A stretch of DNA of 64,000 nucleotides from NCBI GenBank assembly GCA_030704615.1, contig CM060731.1:17112001-17176000 (forward strand), written 5' to 3'. Both the position numbers and the translations under genes were made by a program. This stretch comes from Takakia lepidozioides. Lineage: Eukaryota > Plantae > Bryophyta. Positions 11,701 through 24,712 of this stretch are shown piece after piece. Positions within the stretch are counted from its first letter, which is position 1; every line of letters begins with the position of its first letter. The notes under the pieces are model-generated. The model ran no database searches. It saw only the letters and a list, made by a program, of their open reading frames with translations, and was not told the DNA's origin.

Positions 11701-13799
11701 GTACAAGATTTGTGAACCAGGTGACCTGTGGTACTAGCAGCTGTACATGAAACCTGGTCCAGTGAAAGCGTTGACATCACGTTATCCTCACTTTGTCTAT
11801 TTTGTCTGTGCAGTACCTCCTTCGCTGAAGGCACCCACAACATCTCTTAAGATTGATAGATTCCTACGGCCTTTTACATTCAAGGCAGTGAAGGAGCTGT
11901 TAGCACAGACTGGCTCTGTCCAAGATGTGTGGATGGACCCAATTAAAACTCACTGCTATGTTACGGTGCGCTTTCTGTTCTGTTATGTTTACCTGTTTGG
12001 GTTTTGTGCCTGTGGTTGGAGATAGATGTAACTTGCTAGACTCATAGGTGGAGGGCAGAATGCTGGGGCCAAAGCGACATTCTTTGCAGGATTTTGCCAT
12101 CTTTCTCTTGTTCTACTTGTTCAAATTGTAACACTCGAGTCTGGCTTTCTCTTTGCTCATGTGCTAGCCATTTTCAGTCTGGGTGCTATCATTGTAGACA
12201 TGTCCTGGTGACGAAATTTTAGTTTGATTCGTATTGATTTGTTATGCTCCTCTTTATTGCGTGCAAACATGATTCTGGAGATCTGCATGTAACTGAAAGG
12301 GATTGGGATGCATTGGTAACTTGCAGTTTTACTCTGAAATGTCATGACTTTGTTAACGTGGTTACCATCACCTTACACATTGGTTATCTCTTTGGCATTC
12401 TCAGTATTCAACTGTGGACGAGGCAACGGCCACTCGCAATGCACTGTACAATCTACAGTGGCCTCCCCAGGTTGGACGCCTGTTAACGGCTGAGTTTGTG
12501 GAACCAGGAGAGGTTAAGTCTCGCTGCAATGGTGAGAAAACTGTGGTCACACCTGTCACTACCCCTAGGGGACTACCGGAGACAGTCAGGCCGACCTCTG
12601 AAAATGCGGGCCCAGTTCCTCCACCTGGTCATCCCCCTCCCTCAGCTCCAATACCGGCTTCTGCACTTCCTCCACCCCCTCCTCTGCCCCCTCCACCAAG
12701 GGACAGGCCTCCTATGCCAATTAAGCAAGGTGAGAAACTGTCTCCTTTGTCTGTTTGTTAGATGGGGTTGTTTGATACAGCCCAAAGTGCAACCCGAATT
12801 AAATTATTTCTAACGGGTTTTTCTAGCTCAGGACTGATTCTTGAGAGATTGAAGTCCATGTGGGGGCAAAGGTTCTCAATGTTGTGTGGGCATCAGACCT
12901 GGACTACTGGGTAACTTTATTCTGGTTCCTAAATTCTTTGTTGCGGCCCAAAATCTCTTGAGCTAGCACTAACAATGTCCTCAAGTTACGCTATGGGTTG
13001 AAGTGGCCTGGATGAGTTCAATTAAGGGGAGAGTGAACCAGATTACAGTCGTAATCCAGCCAAATCTTTAATGGCTGAAAGAGCTCTGCAAACTAAAAGG
13101 CCCGCGGCTGATGCTGCGGCTTAGTTTTGGTCTGGTGATTTTTGTGCACGTTTATCAATGTAGTACAGCCTATCAGCATTGTTTTGGGATAGGATGTTGA
13201 ATAGGTTAACTTGAAGGTTTGGCTTTTCTCTTGAGTGTTAAATGTGAGTTTAAAAACTGGTAGAGATATGCATGCACACATTATGTCAAGACAGAGGATT
13301 GAGTAACAGAGGGTAATACCTGGAGTCAGGAATGATTGGGAGACCAGGGAGTAGGCCGGAATATTGAGACCCAAACTGCCTCAAGAACCCTAATAAAACA
13401 TGCTAATTTACTGAATCCTCAACAGCTTGGCCTCTTTCATGTCAAATATTTCGGCAGTTCTGCCGCTTCTTTTCCTGGTTGTTAACAATGTCCAAAGGTT
13501 TGCTCCGCTTTTGACCTCCAGAACTCCATAGATGGGAGACAAATAGAGAGACCAAGAGAAAGAGGGAGACTGACTGAAGTCTGCACTTGTGAAGTTCTAT
13601 CTCCTGTAGTAGTTAAGCTTGGCATTGATGACTGTGTTGGACAGATATGGAGCCTCAAAGTCCAACGCTGGATGATCTATTCAAGAAGACTCGAGCCAAG
13701 CCGCATATCTACTATATGCCACTCACCGAACAAGACGTGAGAGAGAGGCTCTCAACTAGGAATCAGACACCCATGGCGAAGCCCGCCGTTAAGGTGTAA
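8714..13799 (+). CDS. ACINUS: ACINUS-like SAP-domain/RRM/RSB-motif splicing factor, 5 coding exons
   Basis: Exons 8714-9917, 10810-11115, 11814-11965, 12405-12729 and 13645-13799, all GT-AG and in phase. SAP domain (LKVAELREELKLRGINVKGLKKDLVDRL), Acinus RRM (IDRFLRPFTFKAVKELL...IKTHCYVTY) and RSB motif (LDDLFKKTRAKPHIYYMPL). Confidence 0.9.
9581..9780 (+). repeat. 60-bp coding tandem repeat (about 3.3 units) in ACINUS exon 1
   Basis: Units start at 9581, 9641, 9701 and 9761 and encode VLSESEPVV / VLSESEPVV / VPIESEPVV / EPSESD. Confidence 0.8.
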
Positions 13800-14704
13800 G
13801 TAGTGGCCGCTGATGGAATCTCACAGACCATTCCACATCAGCTCTTGTGGGATATTTGCAGGGCACTTATCTGGACGAGACGCAGTGCAATCAATCTATG
13901 CTAGAAATTATGATCATAGGACAAATTAATAAGAGCCCCTGGCTGTAAGATTTTCAGCAATATAGCCACAGCTGACAGTTTATTTGTGTATGAATACTTG
14001 TTTTCCTTTTTCCTCTTGCACATTCTCTGTAATAACTGTAGCTGCTCTTTTCTGCCACTGCAGACAACTGCTTCGTGAGAATATTAACAATCTGCACCCC
14101 ACATAGTGACAATTAAATCCCAGTGGGGTAGCACTTGGAAAAAAGCGATTAATCAACACTGTTCGACAAAAGTGTTATAACACTCGTCCCTGGAAGGGCA
14201 GTCAGACCAAGTAACTCTAGTAGCAATTTCCTATTTCTTCGCTACATACTCCTGAGGTCGCTCCACACCTCTTCATTAGAGGACATTAGAGGATTGAGAA
14301 GAAAGCCGCTCTTCTTTTCGACACATCAGAAAATGTGGTACAAATTGAACTGGCAAGGCACTGCAATCAATATATGAGAAAGACCGACTCCAGATTCCCT
14401 TTTGCAATAAAGCCACAATTGGATTGGTGGTTGTGGACAGCTCTCAAAGCTTGTTCTACTATCAACACAAAGGCTCCTTTCCAACCTGCATCATCAAGTC
14501 ACCCACTTCTGGTTTGATTCAGTAATTGCTAATACATGCAACTCACAGTTTCTGCATTCATCTTCCAGGAATTTTATGTACTGCAAGCACCGAAAACAAA
14601 GAAGGTGGGCAACCTGTTTCATCCAGCAAAGAGTTACTTAACACAACAATTTGGTATGAAAACTTACGAAGGATGGCAACACTGTATGCATCACTTTGCT
14701 CAAT

Positions 14705-17700
14705 CTACGGCTGATTCAGATGTTCTTCTTCTTTTCTCTTCAGGCCCCTCTGCGTAACAAAGAAATGTTTTAAATGGTCAAACTGTCATCACTAGTGTTC
14801 AGACAGTTCAGACATTGCCACTAAGTCTACCTTGAAACAAATTTTTTCTAGCTTACTGGAGTCTATTGCTTTTGCCCTTGGTCATTACATCCTGTCTACA
14901 TCCCTCTACATACTCTTTTATCTATTCTTTCCCTGTCCCAGGATAACTTCTTTGTTCTCCCTCCATATTACGCATCCCCTCCCTCAACAGTCTGTCAGTG
15001 TGATATACAGTATTGAAGTACTAAGACTAAGTATAAACAAAAGGATAAGGGCACTCTTACCTTTATCAGTACAATTGGTGAACTTACAGGAGCTGACCAT
15101 GTCTATAGAAATTGAACTGCAGGCAGAGGATATTCTCCCACCAACGGTAACGGATACGGTGGGTGTAGGCACGCTTGCTGAACCAACAATATTCATTAAC
15201 AAGTCCTCCACTTGTAAGGCAGTCGAGTCACGATTTGACTTTGTCAGGGTCAAAATTGCTGTAAGGAACCACAGGAATTCACTTTACTGTGGTGCCATTG
15301 TATACGGTCCTTGTTAACCATTCCAAATGAACATAGGCTATAAAATTTGATCCTGCAGGATCTGACCCACTTGGAACCATTGTGGGGTCTTTACCGTCTA
15401 TGAGACGCCAAGAATTGGGACAACCCCTGTGAATAGTTAACAAAAAGTTCCGCGTACAAGGGAGCAAAAGCTTAGAACGGCCTGGCTTGACATTATGCTG
15501 ATCAACACTGCTACCATAGGCCTCTACCTTACTACAGGTGAGATTTGTGACCAGGGCTGAATGGCAGGCCAGCATTCTGCCCTCCGCTCTCTCTTGGGCG
15601 CAGAAGGACCGGAGAGATGTGATCATCGACCAGTCTATTTCCATCATAGCAAACACTAATCTTCCATCTTTAGGCTGATTCTCTGTTGGTGCATAGTCCT
15701 CTGTCTAGCTCACCTACCAAAACATCATCTATTAGAGTTTCCCTGTTATCAAAGCAATATATACACTGTTGTCTGTCACTTTTCCTAGTTAAGCTCAAAT
15801 TCAGTCATCCTGGGATGGTACCTGTGTCAGGGCGTTGCTTGATGGCTTCAACAAATGGCAGATCATGGCCATATCTACAAGCGGGGAGTGAACCAAACAC
15901 CTGCACTCACTCAAAGCTTTATTGTGGGTGAACTTACAAAGTACCAAACAGTAAATCCTCTGTCAAAAAGCTCTGCCTGGCTGAGCAGCAGAAATTTCCG
16001 CACTAGTTTGTTGGAGTCACCTTAACTTTTGACTACAAAGCACCAAAAGGGCAAAGTTACTCATAGCAGATAAAAAGATAAAGCAGATAGGTCTCACAGC
16101 CACTTGAGGAGAGGAGAGCAAGGCCATAAGCGCATCCTTGAAGCGCTCACTTTGCAGCTCCATGCGTCCCACCTAATATACACATTGAAGAAATGGCCAG
16201 GGATTTGAAGAACGACATTCAGTTAGCCAGAGCCTCAAGATTGTCTAGAATGGTCACACGAGGGGCAGATGATGGGGCAGTTTACAAGTGTTGGCTCCTT
16301 CAAGTGAACTTCTCGATAGTCACGTAGTCACTCACATGAAGTCTTGCAATGGTCAATGCAAAGAGACCTCCTTCAAACTTTCCTTGCTCATACTTTTTCT
16401 AAAACTCTATCCATCTCTGTATCGGTCATAGTAACTATCTCACATTCTGAGCAACTCTCAGTAAATGTCTAACCGTCTGAAGTTCTCGGATAGGCCAACT
16501 CAATGTTCACAAACCTCATCAACAATGTGCAGCTTGATGGCCGTGCTTGGCATCAGCAATGGCAAAACCAGTTTCTCAAATGCCTCCATGGCAAAGTAGT
16601 ACTTTCCAACCTGAAACGCAAGCAATCAAAGTCAATGATGTCAGAGGTGCTTTTCTTTCATGTATATAGCAAGGTCCCACCATATGAAATGTCCCGAAAT
16701 GTCCCTAGCTACAGGGAGCCATTGTAGCCAGATAGAGTCGTATTCAGCAGTGCCATCCAAACATTGACGTTGGTCATCTCCAGAAAAAACTCTTGGGTAA
16801 AAACAGAACGACAAGGGCCGTCTAACAGACCTAACGAGTACGCAAATGAAGCATAAGTACCTCCCTATGAAGTATCCAGCATCACACAAAAAGAAAGGAC
16901 AAAGAGAACTAACTGACCTTTGGACCACACCCTCTTCTTAGCCTGGAAAGTGGGGCACGCTCCCCGGACAGCGTCTCTGTCACACACATAGTACAGACCA
17001 TTTGTAAATTGGAGAGAACGTACTCATAAGATTTGTTTGCTATAGCCTATGACAGATTGTACTGTACTCATTAAGACGTTGTTTGCCGTAGCCTTGTGGT
17101 CATAGTGCGCCTCCCCACCCCAGTTTGGCGGAACAAAAAGGAACAGAACCTAACCTTGTGAGGGGCTCACTCCGGTAGATGGATTTACCTTGATATAGAC
17201 AATTAGTTCGGACTTTCCAGATCTTCTAGAAAGCCCTTCACACAAGCATCAATTTGATGTGTATGAGCTGCCAAGCAATTAGATCCCAACGGGGTCAGGG
17301 CTTTGGGCTCTGCCTCAAGGATTTCAAAGTTGGTAAACAGAGGTTCGGGAACAATGATCTTGATGTTCCTGAAGAAGGTCACTTTCTGGTGAGAATATCC
17401 CACACAATGTATCAGAAAATGGATATTGTCTTCAGGCTGTATCCTTCGAGAGAGAGAATGAATGTACTTACAAGATTTTCTTTGCCTTGGGGCCATAGAC
17501 CCTGAGTCCAGTTTGGATGGAAACATAGGGAATAGAAACTACCTTTGTCAAGGGCTCACTCCTGTAGTGTGACTTATCTTGGTCAAGACAATTCGTTTGG
17601 GCTTTCCAGATATCCTCTAGAAAACCCTTCACACAAGTATCAATCTGCTGTGTGTGAGTAGCCCAAAAACTAGACACCAGCAGGGCCAGGGCTTAAGGCT

Positions 17701-20700
17701 CAGCCTTGAGATTTTCAAAGTTGGTGAACAGAGGTGCAGGAACCATGTTCTTGATGTTCCTGAAGTGGGCCACTCTCTGGTGAGAATACCTTGACAATGT
17801 ATCAAGAAATGGATTTTCTCTTCAGGTTGTCCGCACAGTGGGAAATTACAATCTCTTTTTCCTCTCTGCATCTGTTTATTGTTCAAAGGTAGGATCCCTG
17901 CCCTGAGTTTAAGGTAGGCCCTTCAGATCATCTTTAAGGTCCTTGTCACAGACAGGAAACAAGTTCAGGGAAGTTTTATGCCTAAATTCATTCTCTTCGT
18001 ACAGTCTTTGGGCATCAAACATGGCTTTGGACAAAACCCCCTCAAGGTCAGCGTCATCCAGTAGGGGGAGAGAGAATGCACTCACTAACATACTGTAACC
18101 TGTAACCTTAGACCACATGCCAATGTGCAAGGAGTAGCACAGGGGTGGGGATTGCAAAGTCACTGCAGGGGCCACTAGCATGGCTGATCGTTCACTCGAG
18201 CATTCAAGGAAGCTTTCCAGATCATGTCCAGATTTCCTCCAAGACAGGCCATTGATTAAAAAGTTCACCCAGGTCTCAAGACTCTACTGAACCATCAGAT
18301 GCATTTCCAATAGCCGAGTTGGAATGACAGACGGATGTCCAAACACACCTCATGGGATAAATAATTTCTACTCTCATCAACTGACACCATCTAACCTTGA
18401 GATCAACAGGAGGGAAATATAAGAGCATAATGTCAGTAGAAATATATCGTTAAAACTTATCCTGTGCTTCCATCATATTGTGGCCTATGGATGAGAACAA
18501 AGATGTCCCATGCAATGTGACGGTGAGGTGCATGTATACACACCTATGTCGAGCCCGATTTTTTCACCTGTTTTTGGATTTCTGGCCTCAATGGTGTAGA
18601 AGCCAGCAATCATGTCCTTTGGTAACTTCTTCAGGGCACTCAATACCAGCCTGCAGTCACCCACTCCTCCCATTCCTCTTGTTACACAATCATTTAAGCA
18701 AGAAACATCAGCCATTTACTGCTAGGGAGAATACTTGGTATTGATGGCGGAGAGACAATCTAGAGTAAAGCAAAACCTATACAGCAGTATCATAGAACCT
18801 TAAAGTATCCTTCTAAAAGTATCGAGATATCTCCACACTTACAAGTGAAGGTAGCCAAAAACACAGTACTGAGAAGATCTGATCTAAGGTTAGAAGGATT
18901 TTCAGAAGAGAAACCAAGAAACAAACAGCAATGAAAAGGAAAAAAGAGACTAGACAAAAGAAGAAAGGAAGAAAAAGAAGCAAGGCCAAAATTGACACGG
19001 ATACAAATGAATCAATGAACACGGATTCATCTTGAACCCGTATAGGACTTGGTGGCTGTCTCTCACCAATCCATGGACCAAGAAGAACAACAACATGTAT
19101 GGTAGTGACAAGCCACCATCACTTTCCCACGATTTCGTCAGCTCCCAACAGAGGGTATAGGTTTGTGCACAGAGCACGACCAACGTACTGAGTTTCTGTC
19201 ACATATCCGGAAGTAAGGCTATCAATTAAACAAAGTGCCAGGAAACAAGTCAAAGAAGACCAAAAAAGTGAACACATGAGGGGATATACGAACGAAGAAG
19301 ACAAGAAAGAGAAAAGAAAACAGAGAAGAGAAGGAGGAAGAGATAAAGGGGCAAGTGAACTCCCTGTAGTAAGTGGGTTTGTACAAGCTCACCACTTGAT
19401 ATCACTGGAGTCGGGAATCGATCATCTTAAAGATGCCAAAAGCCGATACTCCAAACAAAAGGCCTTCCTTTCTAAGCAAGCCTCTTGCCCTTTTGATGTG
19501 ACGAGGTTGTGAGTAACCTTTCTCCTTGAGGAGAAGAATCAAACCTTAAAAAATACCCAAAAAGTAGCTATGCTGAATGTGTATGGACTTACTGTAGTGT
19601 ATGTCCTCATATCAAGAAATGACGATGGTGATAACGTGGGGATAAGATTTGCCAAACGGTTTGCCTAATGTATGAAGTACTGGTCATAATTTGCTGGAGG
19701 CCAACAGGTGCTAATGTCCTTAATATCCAGCAGCAACTGCTCAAGCCATAGTCTCCTTGCCTTCTTGCCCCATCCACCTCAACTCTCTTTTTCTCCACAC
19801 CCTCCATCCAACACCTTTCCTATGTGGGAATTCCTTGTAGTAATCTAATATCTTAAGGGAAAATGCACCAGTTTGTCACAACAGAAGGAAATATCATTCA
19901 CACATGACAGGTTTGGAACCATAAATTGCCTTCTCAACTCTGTGTCTTGCCAGGCATTGCAGCAACCCGAGACCTAAATATTACTGCATCCGAGAGGACT
20001 GCAGAGGAAAAAGGAGCTTACGAAGTTTTGCCCACGCCTGCATATCACATCCCATGCCATCCCCCAAGCCCACAATAACCCATATAGGCAGAGTCAGTAA
20101 AGGAAATGATAGAAAATCGCCATTCCTGTTGGGACTACCGTGTCAGCTATCCCAAACCTGGCAAAACGCTCAATAAGCAGCCTTACAGTATCTTTTGAAA
20201 GGCCTTTCCTGCGAAGAGCCCATCTTCCGTCTACGGCATCTTATCTTAAAGAACAGTGAAATAGTTCCTCTCTCCAATTTACTACAGCTGCTCTTTCAAA
20301 ACGGTGTTTTTTTATGCATCACCACCGGAACTTCACTTCAGTCGTGGACACCGACAGTCTCTGCCTCGAAAAGAACATCGTTTATAATGGTGTTTGTGTC
20401 TGTGTGTCGTAAGACCTCCAGTTTGCCGCTATTTTGGTAATGAAAAATTAGAAACCCGCACTTTGGATGAAACTTAGGATGTGATCAATGCGACTGGGGT
20501 ATCAGCCCATATGCGAGACTTGCCATAGAGGTCTTGCAGGGCATCCGATTACCGAGAGTTGGGTAACATATTATACAGGCTGACATTGGGCGAGGATGAC
20601 GGCCATTCCAGCCTGGCTTACAAAGCCTCTAGCTGGAAACAGATGTGCTGTGCGAACATTACACTGCCGCCCACACTCTCATAGACGAAACTACGTCCCC

Positions 20701-20897
20701 AGCAGGACTATAAAGTAGGAGAAAGACATGAGTTTGGATCTTGCAAGCAAGACCACACGAACATGCACCATTGAATTCCTAGAGAAAATGGGAGGTGAGG
20801 ATCTACCTGGCTGGCCGGTGACAAAGACATTGATAGCAGACGAGGCTGTTGGTTCAGAGCCGTCCAGCTGGGCCACAGGTGCTTCAGCGCCTACCAT
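14705..20897 (-). CDS. NTPCR/THEP1-family nucleoside triphosphatase (NTPase_1), 8-9 exons
   Basis: Exons 20897-20807, 20037-20022, 18650-18544, 16976-16918, 16610-16515, 16172-16098, 15900-15822 and 15258-~15098/15088, plus a possible last exon 14749-14705. Spliced in phase they give VFVTGQPGVGKTSLV...AGFYTIE...IGLDIETLSGERAPL...VGKYY...FEKLVLP...IVDEVGRMEL...GSLP..RYGHDLPFV...LTLTKSNRD, the family motifs. The 3' end is ambiguous. Confidence 0.88.
17030..18300 (-). mobile_element. Two tandem 5'-truncated LINE 3' fragments in an NTPase intron
   Basis: Both encode a degenerate C..C..PE(E/D).IHFLIHC.GYSHQ...FRNIK..VP.PLFTNF finger region (about 17200-17445 and 17590-17900) typical of LINE ORF2 C-termini. 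The two copies are visibly homologous. Confidence 0.7.
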
Positions 20898-21402
20898 GCT
20901 TCTTCCTCCTTCTCATGGATTCCTATCTCGCCCGCCCCCCCGCTCTCTCTCTCTCTCAACACTCCCCTGCGCTCGTCTCCCTCGCTGCCGTGCAGACTGC
21001 CACCTTGCTCTGGCTTCTCCAGGGGACATCACCTCCCTTGTCACCTCATTGCAGTCTTCCAGCCGACGAAGACGACGAACGTTCGTCCAAATCGGGACGG
21101 AGACGACTGACGCCGACGTGAATTACAAACTTTAGGGCGTCACCTCGTATGGGACCTGAGCCATCCAGTGCATGGCGCTCTGGGGATTTTGTACCATTAT
21201 TATATTTGTTGTCGGATCAGGCGACGAACAGAGCTCGGCCGTATGGATGTTTCATCCACAGAGATTGACCCCGGCGAGACCGGAGATTGGGAGGGGGTTG
21301 TTTTGTTTCTAGGGTTTGCTGCGCGGGAGAACGCCAAGAGAGAAAGAGAGGAAGAGACAAGAGGGAGAGCAAAAGCTCGGAGCTATGGGGCCTGGGAGGA
21401 GG

Positions 21403-24400
21403 ATGGCACCATCCAGGGACGAAGAGGAAGAGGAGGAAGAGGAAGTGTCGTCGAGTGATGTAGAGGGGGAAGCGGAGGCGATGGAGGAAGATGGGGAGCA
21501 GGGGAGGAAGGGGGGGAGGAGGGGGAGGGGGAGGGGGGGAGGAGGAGGAGGAGGAGGATCCGGAGGAGATTGCAGCGATAGAGGAGGCAGCGGCGGAGGT
21601 GGAGAATGAGGATGCATCCAAGTCTCCCGTGGCCGGGGGTGGATCGGGGGAGGAGAGTGATGGGGAGACGGATGGGGAGACGGAGGAGGATGAGAGAGGT
21701 GGGTCGAAGCTTGAGGTGGCGCGGAGGGAGAGGCAAAGGTTGCACGAGTTGAAGAAGCGGAAAAAACAGGAGGTGGAGAATTTTCTGCAGGAGCAGAATG
21801 CGCTTGTGGACTCGGATATGAATACCAAGGCGAAGGGGAGATTGAAGTTTCTGTTGCAGCAGACGGAGATCTTTGCGCATTTTGCGCAAGGTGCGCAGGG
21901 TTCGGATGTGCCGAAGAAGAATAGCAGAGGGCGACATGGGTCCAAGTTGACGGAGGAGGAGGAAGACAAGGAGTGTTTGCAGGAGGAGGAAGACCCACTT
22001 GCTACCAGGGGTACCAGGTTGCTCGTTCAGCCGTCTACCATTCAGGGGAAAATGAGGGATTATCAGTTAGCTGGGCTCAATTGGCTCATTCGGTTGTACG
22101 AGAATGGAGTGAATGGTATCTTGGCTGATGAAATGGGATTAGGGAAGACGCTGCAGACGATATCGCTGCTAGCGTATCTGAATGAGTTCTGTGGGATATC
22201 GGGGCCGCACATGGTAGTGGCCCCAAAGTCCACTCTCAGTAACTGGATGAACGAAATTCGCCGCTTCTGCCCTGTGCTGCGCGCTTTTAAATTCCATGGT
22301 AACCAAGAAGAGAGGGCGTACCAAAGGGACCAACAGCTAGTGGCTGGAAAGTTTGATGTGTGTGTGACAAGTTTCGAGATGGCCATCAAAGAGAGAACGG
22401 CTCTCCGGAAGTTTAGTTGGCGCTACATCATCATCGATGAGGCCCATCGCATAAAAAATGAATCCTCAATCTTAGCCAAAACCATGCGATTATTCTCTAC
22501 CAATTACAGACTTCTTATTACAGGAACTCCTCTTCAAAACAACTTACATGAGCTGTGGGCACTTCTGAATTTTTTGCTTCCGGAGATTTTCAGCTCCGCT
22601 GAAACTTTTGATGAGTGGTTCCAGATCTCGGGAGAGAATGACCAACATGAGGTTGTGCAGCAGCTTCACAAGGTGCTTCGTCCTTTCCTTCTGAGGCGGC
22701 TGAAATCTGACGTGGAGCGGGGCCTGCCACCTAAGAAGGAAACGATACTGAAGGTGGGCATGTCTCAATTGCAAAAAACCTATTACCGAGCGCTCCTGCA
22801 AAAAGACATAGATGCTGTGAACACAGGTGGGGAGAGAAAGAGGCTACTCAACATAGCAATGCAGCTACGCAAGTGCTGCAACCATCCATATCTTTTCCAG
22901 GGTGCGGAGCCTGGTCCACCATACTCCACTGGTGAGCATCTTGTTGAGACTGCAGGGAAGATGGTGCTTTTGGACAAACTGCTACCTAAATTGAAGGATC
23001 GCAGTTCTCGAGTGCTTATATTCTCGCAGATGACCAGGCTTTTGGACATTTTGGAAGACTACTGCCAGTACCGCACTTACCAGTATTGTCGGATTGATGG
23101 CAACACGAGTGGAGAGGACCGCGAGAGTGCGATTGACTCTTTCAATCAACCTGGCAGTGAGAAGTTTGTGTTTCTATTGTCCACCCGGGCGGGAGGTTTG
23201 GGTATCAACTTGGCCACTGCAGACATTGTCATTCTCTATGACAGTGACTGGAACCCGCAAGTGGATTTGCAGGCTCAGGACCGTGCACATCGCATTGGTC
23301 AGAAGAAAGAAGTCCAAGTGTTCCGCTTCTGCACTGAGTATACCATTGAGGAGAAGGTGATAGAGCGGGCATATAAGAAACTGGCATTGGATGCACTTGT
23401 CATCCAGCAAGGTCGCCTTGCAGAGCAGAAAGTGGTAAACAAGGATGATTTGTTGCAAATGGTGCGCTTTGGGGCAGAAAAGGTGTTTAGTTCTAAGGAC
23501 AGCACCATAACTGATGAAGATATTGATCGCATCATTGCCAAGGGAGAAGAGGAGACCGCTGAACTGGATGCCAAGATGAAGAAATTCACTGACGATGCCA
23601 TCAAATTCAAGATGGATGACACTGCTGGCCTTTATAACTTTGAGGACAAGGATGAAAAGGATGACGCTAAGTTGGACCTGAAGAGGATGATTGCAGACAA
23701 CTGGATTGAGCCACCCAAGCGTGAGCGCAAGCGCAACTACTCAGAGTCTGACTACTTCAAGCAAGCCATGCGCGCAGGAACCATCACCAAACCACGCGAG
23801 CCACGCATCCCTCGCATGCCTCAGCTGCATGATTTCCAGTTTTTCAACACACAACGGTTGACCGAGCTTTTTGAAAAGGAAGTAAGGTGTCTTTTGCACG
23901 CAAAGGCTGCTGGAGGGGGAGAGGACGTCAGGATCATTGAAGACGTTGAGGAAGTTCTCACAGACAAGGAACAAGAAGAGAAAGATCAGCTCTTGCAGGA
24001 AGGTTTCCAAAACTGGGCACGGAGGGATTTTGTTGCATTTGTGCGGGCCTGCGAGAAATATGGAAGAAATGACATGAAGAGTATTGCAAATGATATTGAA
24101 GGGAAGACTGAGGATGAAGTAGAGGCGTATTCAAAGGTATTCTGGAGTCGATACAAGGATTTGAATGATCATGAGCGGATAATTAAGAATATTGAAAGAG
24201 GTGAGGCTCGTATTTCACGAAAGGATGAGATCATGAAATCTATTGGTAAGAAGTTGGACAGGTATCGCAACCCATGGCTGGAGCTCAAGATCCAATATGG
24301 GCAGAACAAAGGGAAGCTTTACAGTGAAGAATCTGATCGGTTTTTACTCTGTAGTGTTCACAGATTGGGATATGGCAACTGGGAGGAGTTGAAGGCAGCA

Positions 24401-24712
24401 GTCCATGCCTCACCTGTGTTTCGTTTTGATTGGTTCGTTAAATCACGGACACCGTCAGAATTAGCACGGCGGTGTGACACGCTCATCCGACTGGTGGAGC
24501 GAGAGAACCAGGAGCTTGACCAGCGGGAGCGCCAGGCACGTAAGGATCAGAAGAAGTATATTAAAGGAAGTTCGTCACCAGCAAGGCGGACAGCGGCGAA
24601 TTCGTCATTCATGGAAGAGAGGGATGGCAATAGCAGTGGGTCTGGGCTAGTCAAAAAGCGCAAGGAAGCAAGCCTCGATGCTTTCAGGACAGTCGCAGGA
24701 AAAAAAAATTGA
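21403..24712 (+). CDS. ISWI: ISWI chromatin-remodelling ATPase (CHR11/CHR17-like), intronless
   Basis: Uninterrupted 1073-aa ORF 21491-24712 with SNF2 motifs (ILADEMGLGKT, DEAH, QLRKCCNHPYLF, QAQDRAHRIGQ) and a HAND-SANT-SLIDE C-terminus. The likely true start is ATG 21403 (MAPSRDEEEE...), in another frame before a G-rich tract at 21500-21545. Confidence 0.93.

Noticed and set aside
19600-19980. Protein-like minus-strand frame with several stops inside NTPase intron 2
   Set aside because: No recognisable motif, many stops, and not needed for the phase-consistent NTPase model.
21217-21998. Long antisense ORFs (184-250 aa) over the ISWI 5' end
   Set aside because: Low-complexity shadows of the purine-rich sense strand.
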